From Octopus bimaculoides (taxonomy: Eukaryota): a DNA stretch of 64,000 bases. Location of the stretch: the NCBI RefSeq assembly GCF_001194135.2, contig NC_068993.1, positions 11,163,319-11,227,318 on the forward strand. The letters run 5' to 3'. Below the pieces are notes generated by a model that was not told the origin of the DNA, did no database searches, and saw only the letters and a list, made by a program, of their open reading frames with translations. A program made the translations under genes and the position numbers. Below, one piece after another: positions 12,236 to 25,158 of the stretch. Numbering within the stretch: the stretch's first letter is position 1; every line of letters begins with the position of its first letter.

Positions 12236-12384
12236 AGGCTCTGGCGTGGGTATGTGGTGGGAATCTTTAGTTCTCAACCACATGGTTCCGGTTTCAATCC
12301 CACTGTGTGGCAATTTGGGTAAGTGTCTTCTACTAAAAACCTTCGAATAAAACCTTGTCAGTGGAAACTGAAAGAACCCTGTCG
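12236..12384 (+). mobile_element. SINE family A, 5' half
   Basis: Head caaccacatggttccggtttcaatcccactgtgtggcaatttgggtaagtgtcttctacta...ggaaactgaaagaaccctgtcg, then (TA)n; colinear with 62404-62566. Confidence 0.85.
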
Positions 12385-12754
12385 TGTATATATATATATA
12401 TATATATATAGTAATAATAATATTAGGGAATAAAAAATTTATTCCAACCTTACAGGCAAAAATCGGTATAATATTACACCAGGTTTCCTAATATATAATC
12501 GATATGTACATAACTAATTTAGAGACGAACCACCACTCTACGACTCAGTCAACTCAGAACCCGTCGAAATCCATGCTGTGAGGTATATACCTTCTTACTA
12601 TATCTATGATTTTAATCTAAAAATTTAAATGAATTAATATATTACATAAGTAAATCATGTAATTAATAGAAATAAATCATAGAAATGTTAATTTAAAAGA
12701 ATTTAAAAGTTAAAATTATAAATTGGACAGAAACAATTAATACGATAATATACA

Positions 12755-12915
12755 GTATAGATGCTTGTTCCTGAGCTGCGTATATGAGTGCTTCTGGCTC
12801 TATCATCAGGTCACTCCTCCTCATCCATAGCCACCGGTCCTCTGTATCTGTCTTGGCGTTCACATCTCTTGCAAACTGACCCTACATTTTCTTTCCCTTC
12901 CATGCTTTTTCTTAT
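12755..12915 (-). mobile_element. R4/Dong-like LINE fragment (region preceding the CCHC knuckle)
   Basis: Minus strand AWKGKKM*GQFARDVNAKTDTEDRWLWMRRSDLMIEPEALIYAAQEQA is homologous to the 35057 fragment (MWLTDGNPKRKTEALIVAAQDQA). Confidence 0.85.
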
Positions 12916-13904
12916 GGTTAAGGTCATGTGTTTAGAATTATCCAAGGAAATATATCTTATCATATGAGAATTATTACTGGATTTATATACTAGCCATTGA
13001 ATAACATATTTTGAATATCTAACTGTGAGCAAACATATACACACACCCACGTGAGTATATATTCAAAAAGAAAAGAAATACATTGTAGATCTGAGAATAG
13101 CTCCTACTTCGTTGATTCGACATAATCTGGATTCTGCAATATTCCGGACATTTCTATCCACTGTAGTCTCTACTTATGTTAATAAAACGTGCGCATATCT
13201 TATTACTCTGTTAAGAATATCACCAATACAAAAACAAGAGCAAAAAAGAATGAAATTGTAAATGTCATGTTATTTCACGTCGTATGGAGTCCGTAACACA
13301 CAATTTAACTTCTTTTTTTCCTGTCTGAAATGCAATTAACGATAGCTTGTATAGCGTAGAATATTATTTCTGCATATCCACTCAGTATAGTACCTCACTA
13401 ATAATTATAGGATATATGCTGACTTAAAGGGAACACACTCCTGTGTCTAGTTTCGCAAGAAAGAAAAGACAAAAGCATAGTTATATACATATATATTGTC
13501 CAGCGAAGCTTTTGATTTTATAGGTTGCAATAAATCATAATTATAAGCTCATTATATTTTCATATCGTACCGATTCTATAACAGCGATTTTATTTTTCAT
13601 TCCTCGTTGTATTAATTGACCTTTACTATAGTTTTTACACACCATCAGGAGCAACATAAATACCATGTTGAGCAAGGAATATTATTTCACATTTTCCTAA
13701 ATATATGGCAGTGTGCCTAAGAAGCTCAGTTTGCAACCAAACACCGCTTCAAGTTCAATGCCACTGTGAATGTGTGGCAGGTTGGGCATCTTTTACGTTT
13801 GTTCCGGGTCAAGTAATGCATTGTGAGTGAATTTGGTAGAGAGAAATTGTGTATTTGGGTATTTGGTGTAGAAGAATATCGAAAATACGATGAAAGGAGC
13901 GTTA

Positions 13905-13972
13905 CCCACAATGCTAAGCAGTAGGATCGAAACTATGACCTTGTGATTGCGAAGCGAACTTTTTGACCATTC
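13905..13972 (-). mobile_element. tRNA-like SINE head fragment
   Basis: Reverse complement gaatggtcaaaaagttcgcttcgcaatcacaaggtcatagtttcgatcctactgc has A/B-box-like motifs. Confidence 0.5.
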
Positions 13973-14034
13973 ATTCGTACAAAGTTATATAGAAGCAGGC
14001 AAAACGTTATGCTTATGAAGCTCGCGGGTCCATA

Positions 14035-14142
14035 GACAAGTGTCTTCTACTAACCATAGCGTTCGATCAATCCATACATTATGAGTGAATTTGGTAGACG
14101 GAAACTGTATGGAAGCCCGTCATATAATATATATATATATAT

Positions 14143-14181
<39 letters not shown>

Positions 14182-14362
14182 CGTGTGTGTGTCTGTGTTT
14201 ATGTTTGTCCACCTCTTGCTTACGTGTAGACTTGCTTAGGTCCCAATGACGTACCAGTACCGCAAAGAAACCAATAAATTAAGTAGAGACTTTAAAAATC
14301 CCTATAAGAAATAGGGCGGGTGTGTGCTCCAGCATGGCTGCTGTCCAATATCCAAAACAAGG
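14035..14362 (+). mobile_element. SINE family A, headless diverged copy with internal (TA)/(TG)n
   Basis: caagtgtcttctacta...gagtgaatttggtagacggaaactgtatggaagcccgtc, then (TA)(TG)n, then gtgctccagcatggctgc. Confidence 0.8.
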
Positions 14363-14894
14363 AGAAGACGCAAATCAAACGATATAAGATTTAGTGCCCA
14401 ATCATGTCTGCCCAATCCTATTGGGAAAATAATGTCAATGGAATATGTAAGTAGAGAACATTTTCAGACTTCCCTGATTCATTTCAGACCCAAATGCGGT
14501 GAACGTTCCTCAATGGACAGGAAACAATATGGTGATTCATAAATAAACGATAATTGAAATTAACTATAAAATACTAAACTGTACAATTGATGTAACCAAT
14601 TATGAGATAATCTATTTTGTTGTCTCGACTTGGTAACGCTTTGGGTTAAAATCTACGTTAATGAGAACAGCTGCTCGGGAAATACATAATAGCAATCTTC
14701 AAAAACTTGCTCTTCCGACATTTTTCACCTTTCAACCGAAAGCAATATGAAATTTAAATAAGTATATATATGTGCGTGCGTGTGTACGTGTGTGCGTGTG
14801 TACGTGTGTGCGTATGTGCATGTGTGTATTTCTTTATAAGTATATGTCCATATAAGTATAGTGATGAATTGTATTTGTTGGACATTAGTTCCCT

Positions 14895-15090
14895 CCTTCC
14901 ATCCATCATCAAACCGACGGTGTCCGAACAGGTGTATGTTGTGCCACGCGTCTGGTGGCACAGTGATCGCAGCTCCACGTGAGATGAAATGCTTTGATCA
15001 AAAAACATAACGCACCTCTCCATACAAGAATTGAAACTATGATCTCGTGATCGTGAGTACAACGACCTAAACACTTAGCCAAGTGCGGTC
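14895..15090 (-). mobile_element. tRNA-head + CORE-like SINE with its own tail
   Basis: Reverse complement head ttggctaagtgtttaggtcgttgtactcacgatcacgagatcatagtttcaattc and core gcgttatgtttttgatcaaagcatttcatctcacgt are homologous to 53402-53515. The tail has an 8-bp-stem hairpin (14940-14962). Confidence 0.75.
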
Positions 15091-15227
15091 ACAAGTGATT
15101 TTCATACATACATTGATACATACAAACACATACTCACATACATGCATACATCCAAATACACATAATACATACATACGCACGCTCACACATACACGTGCGT
15201 ATATATGTGTATAAAATAAAATATATA

Positions 15228-15277
<50 letters not shown>

Positions 15278-15815
15278 NNNNNNNNNNNNNNNNNNNNNNN
15301 NNNNNNNNNNNNNNNNNNNNNNNNNNNNNNNNNNNNNNNNNNNNNNNNNNNNNNNNNNNNNNNNNNNNNNNNNNNNNNNNNNNNNNNNNNNNNNNNNNNN
15401 NNNNNNNNNNNNNNNNNNNNNNNNNNNNNNNNNNNNNNNNNNNNNNNNNNNNNNNNNNNNNNNNNNNNNNNNNNNNNNNNNNNNNNNNNNNNNNNNNNNN
15501 NNNNNNNNNNNNNNNNNNNNNNNNNNNNNNNNNNNNNNNNNNNNNNNNNNNNNNNNNNNNNNNNNNNNNNNNNNNNNNNNNNNNNNNNNNNNNNNNNNNN
15601 NNNNNNNNNNNNNNNNNNNNNNNNNNNNNNNNNNNNNNNNNNNNNNNNNNNNNNNNNNNNNNNNNNNNNNNNNNNNNNNNNNNNNNNNNNNNNNNNNNNN
15701 NNNNNNNNNNNNNNNNNNNNNNNNNNNNNNNNNNNNNNNNNNNNNNNNNNNNNNNNNNNNNNNNNNNNNNNNNNNNNNNNNNNNNNNNNNNNNNNNNNNN
15801 NNNNNNNNNNNNNNN

Positions 15816-15854
<39 letters not shown>

Positions 15855-17068
15855 ATATATCTATGTCTGTCTGCCTCTCTCTCTCTCTCTCTCTCACTCT
15901 CTAGAGAGAGTGTGTATGTGTATGCGTGTGTATGCGTGTGAAAGAGAAACAGAGAGATAAAGATACATATACATGTATGTGTTTGTAAATTTGCTGTTGC
16001 GTGATTTCTCCTGATCTTCGGATTAAATCATTATGTAACCTATGACATAAGTTGACCAAGACTATTACGATCAGACAGAATATAAGAAAATCATTAAGAC
16101 CAGACGGAAATCTGTTAATAATTTATCATTTGCAAATTCTTTAAATACTATCTCGAGTTAATCTGGAATCGTTCGTACAGATTATATTTCAAACTAGAGA
16201 GAAAACGAGCAGAAATTAAATTGTATAGCGATCGTCTGCTTGTTTTCTTTTTTGATATCATGGACAAAATGCGTCATAAGTAAGACAATAGGAAACTAAG
16301 CTTAATATTTAAGCTGGGGAATATAATCCGTGATTACTACCGTTTCAAGAGGTAAAACTTATATTAGTGTTCATAATAGAAAGGCCATTGAACAACCTGC
16401 AGTTGAAGCAATGTCACATCTTACGTTCAACCAAATTTTCTTCTAAATCTGCTTATTGGCGACTATTTAGATATAAACTTTTCCGGTTTTTAGTCGTACC
16501 ATCCGTTTATACATTTTAATTTCATAAGTAATAGGTAGTCCATCCAGCTTAAATTAGGTGTGTTGGTCAGGTAGCCTTAAGCTGCAATTATTATCAAGCG
16601 ATACCATGTCATGTTGATAATACATGCTCTCTGCATCGTCTGACAAAATGATCGTCTGCTTTTGTACATGCACTACCGTATCACGTCATTCCACCGTATC
16701 AGTGGATCATCTGTATTAGCCCAGCACCGCACCAAATGCCAGAAATTGAATCAGTCGAATCGTTATAGCATAATAATAGCCAAAGGGTCAGTGATGCCAC
16801 AAAAGCCTGCTGGGCTACGACTAACTTAGCGATATTAGCAACATTTGTAATGAGTAATAATTAACACATCAATTTTATAATTGATTGAAATGGCATGAGG
16901 TGAAATAAACACTTGAGATGCTTTGCCTCAGGCAACAACTGCAGAGGTTACCTAAAGATATGCAAGTTGTTCTCTAGATAGGAACTAAGTCTTCTGTAAC
17001 GCTGGAAACCCTCCCAGTTTTTCAACGGGTGTCTTAAATTCAAAAGCGTTTTACCTCTTCGTCTATAA

Positions 17069-17313
17069 AAGTGGTTGTCAACCAGGGCTATATGGCCCAT
17101 GGAGGTTCATAAAAGCTTTAGTTGTTAAAAATTGGTTATACATCTACAAAAACCCAAAATATTTAAAGAATTTTCTTATACTATTTCTAATAATATTTAC
17201 GTAAGCGTAAAATATATTGGGATTTTTTTAAAGCGTCAAATGGTTTATGGAGGTTCGGTAGCGTTAAATAGGAATCAAAGGGTCTGTGGGTAAAAAATAG
17301 CTGAAAATTCCTG
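17069..17313. mobile_element. hAT-Charlie-like MITE
   Basis: Ends aagtggttgtcaacca and (reverse complement) caggaattttcagcta are decayed CAGTGGTTCTCAACCA-type TIRs. The 8-bp flanks gtctataa / gtctctac (6/8) fit the Charlie NTCTAGAN target. Confidence 0.8.
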
Positions 17314-18201
17314 GTCTCTACGCTTCCCTTGGGTGAGGCTCTGAGAACGAAATAAGACTTAGCCTGCAGAAGACAGCAGTGGTCTCTTGTCAATCACTCC
17401 TGGCTGAAAATGGTTTTAGCTGCCATAGCTTGATGGCTTTCTTTAGTAAACGACATAATCTGTGTTTTAGTAGAACCGTTACAGCAACAAATAGAATTAC
17501 TTGCGTATTTAGTTATATAATTTTTTCGTCCTGCGTTCAAATTCCAATAACTATGATCTGCAGTGTTTATAATTTGGAGTAGCAGTGAAGTACTGATATC
17601 AGTGGATATTCCAATAATATATCTTTGTAAGAATGAGATCGTAATTAACATTAAGAAACTGACATGAGAAAGCACAAGTCCTCATAGACCTTTATCATCT
17701 TAGTTGTATCTTAATATCCATTAAAAATGTTTTCTATGGAAATAGACTTTAGATATTTAGTTATGTGTATCATGACATGGGATGTTGTCACGTTTCTGCT
17801 TTCTATGAGAGTTTATTTGGTGAACGTGAACCGAAACCAAATAATTTTCAAATGCGAATAAGTTTGATGAAGTATTAAATTCATCGGTCTCTATCCTCAA
17901 CATTACAACTGAGACCTCAATACTGTAATGATCTGCTTTCCTGTATTCGGACTTATAATGCAGAGAAATATGACGGTACATAATCATATGCTATTGGATG
18001 ATAATTATTGACAAAAATCATATGACATACAGTTCAAGCGATAACGGAAAAAAAAGTTTGAAAAACATATCACATTCAGTACTGAAAATATCACAAATTT
18101 GAAATATGTAGAACACATTGGAGCACAATGACGTACTATAGTACTCAATCACGTAGTGTGATGCACAACAGCACATAATAGTCTCAGCAGCTTCCAATAG
18201 T

Positions 18202-18300
18202 GCACAACAGAGCACAACAGCATACAGTAGCGTACGCAGCGCACAAAACTGCACAATGGCGCACAACAGCGCACAATGGCGCACAACAGCGCACAATGGC
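18202..18300. repeat. 10-bp-unit minisatellite with alternating GCACAATGGC / GCACAACAGC units
   Basis: Units can be read directly at 18241-18300, with degenerate units upstream. Confidence 0.9.
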
Positions 18301-18659
18301 TACTAATGGCAGACCGCTTAATTTTCATTTGACGAGGGTTAACGTTAATACAAGAAGTGTGAAGTAGTAAATACTAATTGTATCTAGTAAGCTTTTTCTT
18401 GTTTTTCTTCAACCACCATAAAAAAAACAAAAGAGTGTTTTGTGGAAGGGAATTAGTTTCAGTAAGAAGCTGAAACTGCGTTAACAATGTCGGTGAGATA
18501 GTGGTCTTAGCAGCTGTTCTCTGGTGCTCATCGCTAAAATGTTTCTAACATATTAATACAGTAAAGATCATAGATAATACTTAGTCAATATTCAGCAACA
18601 ATAGCAGATATTCTGATATAATAAAAACACTAAGAAACGGAAAACGAAAAACAAAACAA

Positions 18660-18667
18660 CACAGATA

Positions 18668-18700
<33 letters not shown>

Positions 18701-18736
18701 ACAACAATAATAATAATAATAATAATGATGATGATG

Positions 18737-18794
<58 letters not shown>

Positions 18795-18818
18795 TAATAA
18801 TAATAATAATAATAATAT
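18660..18818. repeat. (AAT)n microsatellite
   Basis: Directly visible. Confidence 0.97.
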
Positions 18819-19029
18819 TCATAACAAAAGAGTAAGAAAATAACAAGTAAAAAATAACTATTCAGCTAACAAACGGGTAAGGTTAGGCTCTATAATCATA
18901 ATTACAGATTATAGTAATAGGAATCTAGCCATAAGCAATGTTGGATGAACCACACTTTTAACGGTCGTTTTTTTCTCTCTTTTATTTAACGCATTTCGTT
19001 ATTGTTGTTTTCGTTATTGTTGTAATGAT

Positions 19030-19358
19030 TACTAATGTTTTGATGTTATTTTTGTTTTGTTTTGTTATTTAAAAAAAAAAATCTTTTGATTACTTTTCAT
19101 AGTGGCTTTTTATTTGTTTAATTATTTATTTATTTGCTGTTATTTTTATTTTTCTATTTTTACAAACCGATTTTTGTTCAAAGGAAAATTAGCACCTATT
19201 AAATAAAACAACCCGGAGCCAACAACAAACTTTCTTCAAATCGATATTTTCATGTGTTGCAGCGATATTTTCAGTAATTGCCCGCTTTAAGAACTNNNNN
19301 NNNNNTACTAATGTTTTGATGTTATTTTTGTTTTGTTTTGTTATTTAAAAAAAAAAAA
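19030..19358. repeat. 51-bp exact direct repeat on either side of a 10-N gap
   Basis: tactaatgttttgatgttatttttgttttgttttgttattt plus poly(A) at 19030-19080 and from 19306. Confidence 0.9.
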
Positions 19359-20282
19359 TAATAATAAAAAATTCCATTTTTTTTTCACTATTTAATGCTA
19401 CGTTCAACAACGTGTATTTTACTGACATGGCATTGTAAAACCATGATTATCTTCAAGAAAAAGGATTTTAGTGAGAAAACAGTCTTCTTCCTTCCACTAT
19501 CTGTTTTGTAAAGATCTTTGAAAACCAATCAAGCTTGCTTTTGTTTTGTAGGTTTTGGATAATCAATGCATTTTTAATCGAAGTCTGACCGTTTTTAAAA
19601 CATTTACAATGACATATCTGCCCTTAAGATGATCTCTAATTTGAGAATTTACTTACTTTAATTTTGTGTTGATATTCGCTGGTTTCTTTTGATAATGTGA
19701 AATAAAATGCTCGCATTGTAAGATTAAAAAAAAAAATGGAAAACCGGAATAGAATGAACAGGCTTTTCATAAGTTGAATAATAACAACGACAGCAACAAC
19801 GAGAAGAACAACAAGAGCAACAGATGTTATTTGAATATTTTCTATAATATTTGGAAATATAGCATATGGCTGAGAAGATAAGGTACTGTCTAATTACCAT
19901 CTGATGTGTTTTAGATTGATATCCCAATTTCACCATTATTTGTTTCAAAACAAGAGAAATAAAAATAAAAGGAGAAAACGTCACACCCTTAGTAATTTCT
20001 GTCTATCAAGTTGCATAGTATTTTAACCCTAGGCTGGGTCTGACAGAGCAGAATTACCAGCAAAGGTGTACAAACACTGACCATCCAACTTTTCACTGTG
20101 TAACTGTGACGGCATTGATCTAACGTGTTGTAATTCTTAGGAACTTTAGCTGTACTTTATAGGACATCGAGGATTCACCTTACGGATTTTGCAGTTGGTT
20201 TTCTTCACCTTATAGACAATATTTGTAAGAAAGTACTTAAAGAACGTGCACAATGTAACTACCTTCCGAGGAATGGGAATTG

Positions 20283-20471
20283 GCGGTATTTCGTCTGCGG
20301 TTACGTTCTGAGTTCAAATTCCGCCGAGGTCGACTTTGCCTTTCATCCTTTCGGGGTCGATAAATTAAGTACCTGTTACGCACTGGGGTCGTTGTAATCG
20401 ATTGAATCCCTTTGTCTGTCCTTGTTTGTTCCCTCTGTGTTCAGCCCCTTTTGGGTAATAAAGAAATAAGA
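20283..20471 (+). mobile_element. SINE family C, 5'-truncated, low divergence
   Basis: B-box gagttcaaattcc, central gcctttcatcctttcggggtcgataa, tail tgttccctctgtgttcagcccc...taataaagaaataaga; homologous to 35600-35750 (minus). Confidence 0.9.
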
Positions 20472-20583
20472 TATGTGGCTTGTGTCTAAGGTATGTGTTT
20501 GAAGAATTTTTGAACATACGAAACTATTAGTAGGCATATAAAAATATGTATTCTGTCTATTAAATAATATCTATAATTATATC

Positions 20584-20647
<64 letters not shown>

Positions 20648-21613
20648 CCTATATATATNNNNNNNNNNNNNNNNNNNNNNNNNNNNNNNNNNNNNNNNNN
20701 NNNNNNNNNNNNNNNNNNNNNNNNNNNNNNNNNNNNNNNNNNNNNNNNNNNNNNNNNNNNNNNNNNNNNNNNNNNNNNNNNNNNNNNNNNNNNNNNNNNN
20801 NNNNNNNNNNNNNNNNNNNNNNNNNNATATATATATATATATATATAAATAATGCGTGTGTGAGTGTGTATCCATGGTCGAGTATGGGAGAGGGGGAGAG
20901 AGAGGGAGAGAGACAGGGAAAGATAGAAGGTGGAGAAAGAGAAGCGTGTGAGCCCACAGATGCAAGGAAGAGAAAAATATTATTCCAGTAACAACTGTAT
21001 GGTAAAACGTAGTGTTTATGTAAATCTGTCGATTTCCACGACCACTTTTTCCCATTTGACATAAGCGTAAACTTTTGGAATAATACAAACATTTAATATA
21101 GCACCAAGCTTCATAAACTGTTATACGATTCCAAAAGTTCACACCAGTCTGATGATCGGTGACGTGAAACACGGCGCTACAGTTTGTGACGTTTTCCAAC
21201 TTCAATAAAACATTATATGGTGTATGTTTATGTTTTTGTGTGTGTGTGTGAATATGTTTATGTGTGTCTATGAGTATGTGCGTATGTGTGTATGTGTTTA
21301 AGTATGTTTATATAATTCAAAGCAACATATAAACAGTTGAAAACAGTACAGACACACAGCATGCAAAGAACAAAGCGCGAGGATAAAAGTGTTAGTTTAA
21401 TGCGTAAATGAAAAGAGAAGAGGCACTTTAAAGTTTCGGATATTAGTTTTTAATCTGAAAGAAGAGGAAACGAAAGGGAAATACCGACAGAGGGATACAG
21501 TCGGAGAGAGAAAAGTAGAAAGAAAGAGAGAGAGAGAGAAATAGAGAGAGAGAGAGAGAGAGAAAGGGTAAGTTATAAATATACGTATAATATATAACAT
21601 ATACATATAATAT

Positions 21614-22089
21614 GTGGAGGCGCATTGGCCCAGTGTTTAGGGCAGTGGACTCGCGGTCACAGGATCATGATTTCAATTCTCAGACCAGGTTTTGTGAGTG
21701 TTTATTGAGTGAAAACTCCTAAAGTTCCACGAGGCTCCGGCAGGGTGTGGTGGCGAACCCTACTGTATTCTTCCACCACAACTTTCTCTCACTCTTCCTT
21801 CCTGTTTCTGTTGTACCTGTAATTCAAAGGGTTCAGCCTTGTCGCACTCTGTGTCACGCTGACCCTCCCCGAGAACGACGTCTATGTTTGTACTCCTACC
21901 ATCTCTTGACAATCGATGTCGGTGTGTTTACGTCCCCGTAACGTAGCAGTTCGGCGAAAGAGACCAATATGATAAATATTAGGCTTACAAAGAATAAGTC
22001 CTGGGGTCAATTTCTTTGACTAAACCCTTTAAGGAAGTGCTCCAGCATGGCTGCAATCAAACGACTGAAACAAGTAAAGGAGTAAAAGA
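21614..22089 (+). mobile_element. Chimeric SINE: family D head/body (21614-21881) joined to family A 3' half (21882-22089)
   Basis: A-box tggcccagtgt and a B-box-like motif; the body matches 42488-42598 (reverse complement) and the 3' part matches 61412-61600 (reverse complement). Confidence 0.85.
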
Positions 22090-22700
22090 ATATATACATA
22101 TATATAAATAAATATACAGGGATTAGCATTGAGTTGCTTCTCCAACATACTGAAAATTTAGAAATAGCAGTCAAAGAACTACTGATTCTAAACTACAAAT
22201 TATGTGAAAGACACCTAGAGAAGGGTGTTAGCTATGGAATGACTAGAGTTACTTTTTAATAGTGAATGGCGAGAAAGAAAAAATAACGGAATTTGAAAAG
22301 ATCACTCTACGCACTCACATACACACGGAAACACACACGTACACAGACACACAGACACAGACACACAGACACAGACACACACACACACACNNNNNNNNNN
22401 NNNNNNNNNNNNNNNNNNNNNNNNNNNNNNNNNNNNNNNNNNNNNNNNNNNNNNNNNNNNNNNNNNNNNNNNNNNNNNNNNNNNNNNNNNNNNNNNNNNN
22501 NNNNNNNNNNNNNNNNNNNNNNNNNNNNNNNNNNNNNNNNNNNNNNNNNNNNNNNNNNNNNNNNNNNNNNNNNNNNNNNNNNNNNNNNNNNNNNNNNNNN
22601 NNNNNNNNNNNNNNNNNNNNNNNNNNNNNNNNNNNNNNNNNNNNNNNNNNNNNNNNNNNNNNNNNNNNNNNNNNNNNNNNNNNNNNNNNNNNNNNNNNNN

Positions 22701-22738
<38 letters not shown>

Positions 22739-23159
22739 GCTTAAACAAAAGAGAAACGTGTAGACTCGGACAAATACCCATTGACAGAATTTTAGAGAAA
22801 CAAAACAGAAGGGAAACAGCGTGTTGTTTAGCTTGCACAATAAGATTAAACTTCATCTGTTAAGTGGCTCAGAATGTCCAATTATTACAGAGATTGTCCA
22901 TGTTATCTGGTTGGGAAATATGCACCGTGTGAAGTTTGCTTAGAACATATTAGGTATATCTTTTACTGCAAGCGTATTATTTTCACGAGATCTGTTTCCA
23001 ATTAGCATCTTAATACCTACTTTGCTTTCTAACCAAACCGTCACTTCCTTTATTAGACCACTGCATCGAACTGTTTTATTGACTGACATACCTTCCATCT
23101 TGTTCATCTCGCTTCACCTCCGATATTGCAGTCTTCCCTTTCCGAATTCATTTCCTTTT

Positions 23160-23216
23160 TCCTTTCTTTCTTTCGTTCTTTCTTTCTTTCTTTCGTTCTT
23201 TCTTTCTTTCTTTCGT

Positions 23217-23255
<39 letters not shown>

Positions 23256-23442
23256 ATCTTTCCTTCTTTCCTTCTTTCTTTCTGTCTTTCTTTCTTTCTT
23301 TCTTCTGTGCCATCCTTCTCTCCGATTCCTACGCTTCTTCTTCTTCTTCTTCTTCTTCTTCTTCTTCTTCTTCTTCTTCTTCTTCTTCTTCTTCTTCTTC
23401 TTCTTCCTTTTCTTCTTCTTCCTTTTGTTGTTCTTCTTCTTC

Positions 23443-23474
<32 letters not shown>

Positions 23475-23496
23475 CGTCATCTTCTTCTTCTTCTTC
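23160..23496. repeat. (TTTC)n followed by (TTC)n
   Basis: Directly visible. Confidence 0.96.
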
Positions 23497-24269
23497 NNNN
23501 NNNNNNNNNNNNNNNNNNNNNNNNNNNNNNNNNNNNNNNNNNNNNNNNNNNNNNNNNNNNNNNNNNNNNNNNNNNNNNNNNNNNNNNNNNNNNNNNNNNN
23601 NNNNNNNNNNNNNNNNNNNNNNNNNNNNNNNNNNNNNNNNNNNNNNNNNNNNNNNNNNNNNNNNNNNNNNNNNNNNNNNNNNNNNNNNNNNNNNNNNNNN
23701 NNNNNNNNNNNNNNNNNNNNNNNNNNNNNNNNNNNNNNNNNNNNNNNNNNNNNNNNNNNNNNNNNNNNNNNNNNNNNNNNNNNNNNNNNNNNNNNNNNNN
23801 NNNNNNNNNNNNNNNNNNNNNNNNNNNNNNNNNNNNNNNNNNNNNNNNNNNNNNCTTATTACTGCCATCACTGCCAAAGCCAACGTCGATGTTGACGCTA
23901 TTATCCCAGTGCCGACGGTGTTGGCGACGGTGCCTGCGGTTACGCAGTTGTCGTTCCTGTCGTTGCAATGGTTGTTGTTGTAGTATAGGTTAGTGTTGCT
24001 GTTGGTGCTGCTAATGTTGCTAGTGGTGGTGGTGGTGGTAGTGTTTATACATATGTATTGGGTGCTGTTATTGTTGTTGGTATTGGAGTAATGGTGCTTT
24101 GTTGGAAGTCAGAGAGAATGTTTTATAATTGCTATGAAGTTGATCATTATCGATAATTTCTTCATCACTGATCTAGGCAACGGGAGTAACTAATGTTCTT
24201 GCGCTCATCTATTTCATGATCTCCTTCCTTCTCTTCTTCTTTCCTTCCTTCATCCACTTACACACACAG

Positions 24270-24538
24270 TCATATAGATGTGAGTGTACATATACATACA
24301 TGGATGCATACATATTTACGTATATATGTACACACGAACACACACAGGCGCTGAAACACACACAGATATGATATATATATATATATACACATATGTCCAT
24401 GCACACATGCGTACGTACATGCTCAGGTCTTCATTCGCTTATAAACGTCAACGACATATGCATATATGTACACATATACTCACATACATATATGCATACA
24501 TGCATACATCCATACATACCTACATACATATAAGCATG

Positions 24539-24592
<54 letters not shown>

Positions 24593-25121
24593 CATGCACA
24601 CATGCATACATACGTATATAACTGCATATAGACATACATAGATATATACACACATACACACATACAAAGATGTATACGTACATACATACATATAAATATA
24701 TATACACATATATACACACACATATATACACATATACATTCATATAATCATACACACCTTCTTATATGTGCATATATATATTTATATATCTACACACACA
24801 CATATATCTACATACACGTACATGCACATACACATACACTCATACATACACATATGCAGCCATATATGCATACATATATACATACATATATACATACACA
24901 CACACATATATATATATACCTTTATATTTCTAAATACACATACATACACATATATAGCCATATATACATACATATATACATACATATATATATACATACA
25001 CACACATAATAGACATATGCAGCCATATATACATATATATATATATACATACACATACACATACACATACATATATATTTATATATCTACATACACATAC
25101 GTACATATATAAATACATAGA

Positions 25122-25157
<36 letters not shown>
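24270..25157. repeat. Degenerate (TA)/(CA)/(TACA) low-complexity tract
   Basis: Directly visible; source of the HIYI/MCVY ORFs. Confidence 0.93.

Positions 25158-25158
<1 letters not shown>

Noticed and set aside
14388-14552. Two-part ORF CPIMSAQSYWENNVNGI / YPNAVNVPQWTGNNMVIHK
   Set aside because: It requires a 41-nt intron, implausibly short, and no homology is recognised.
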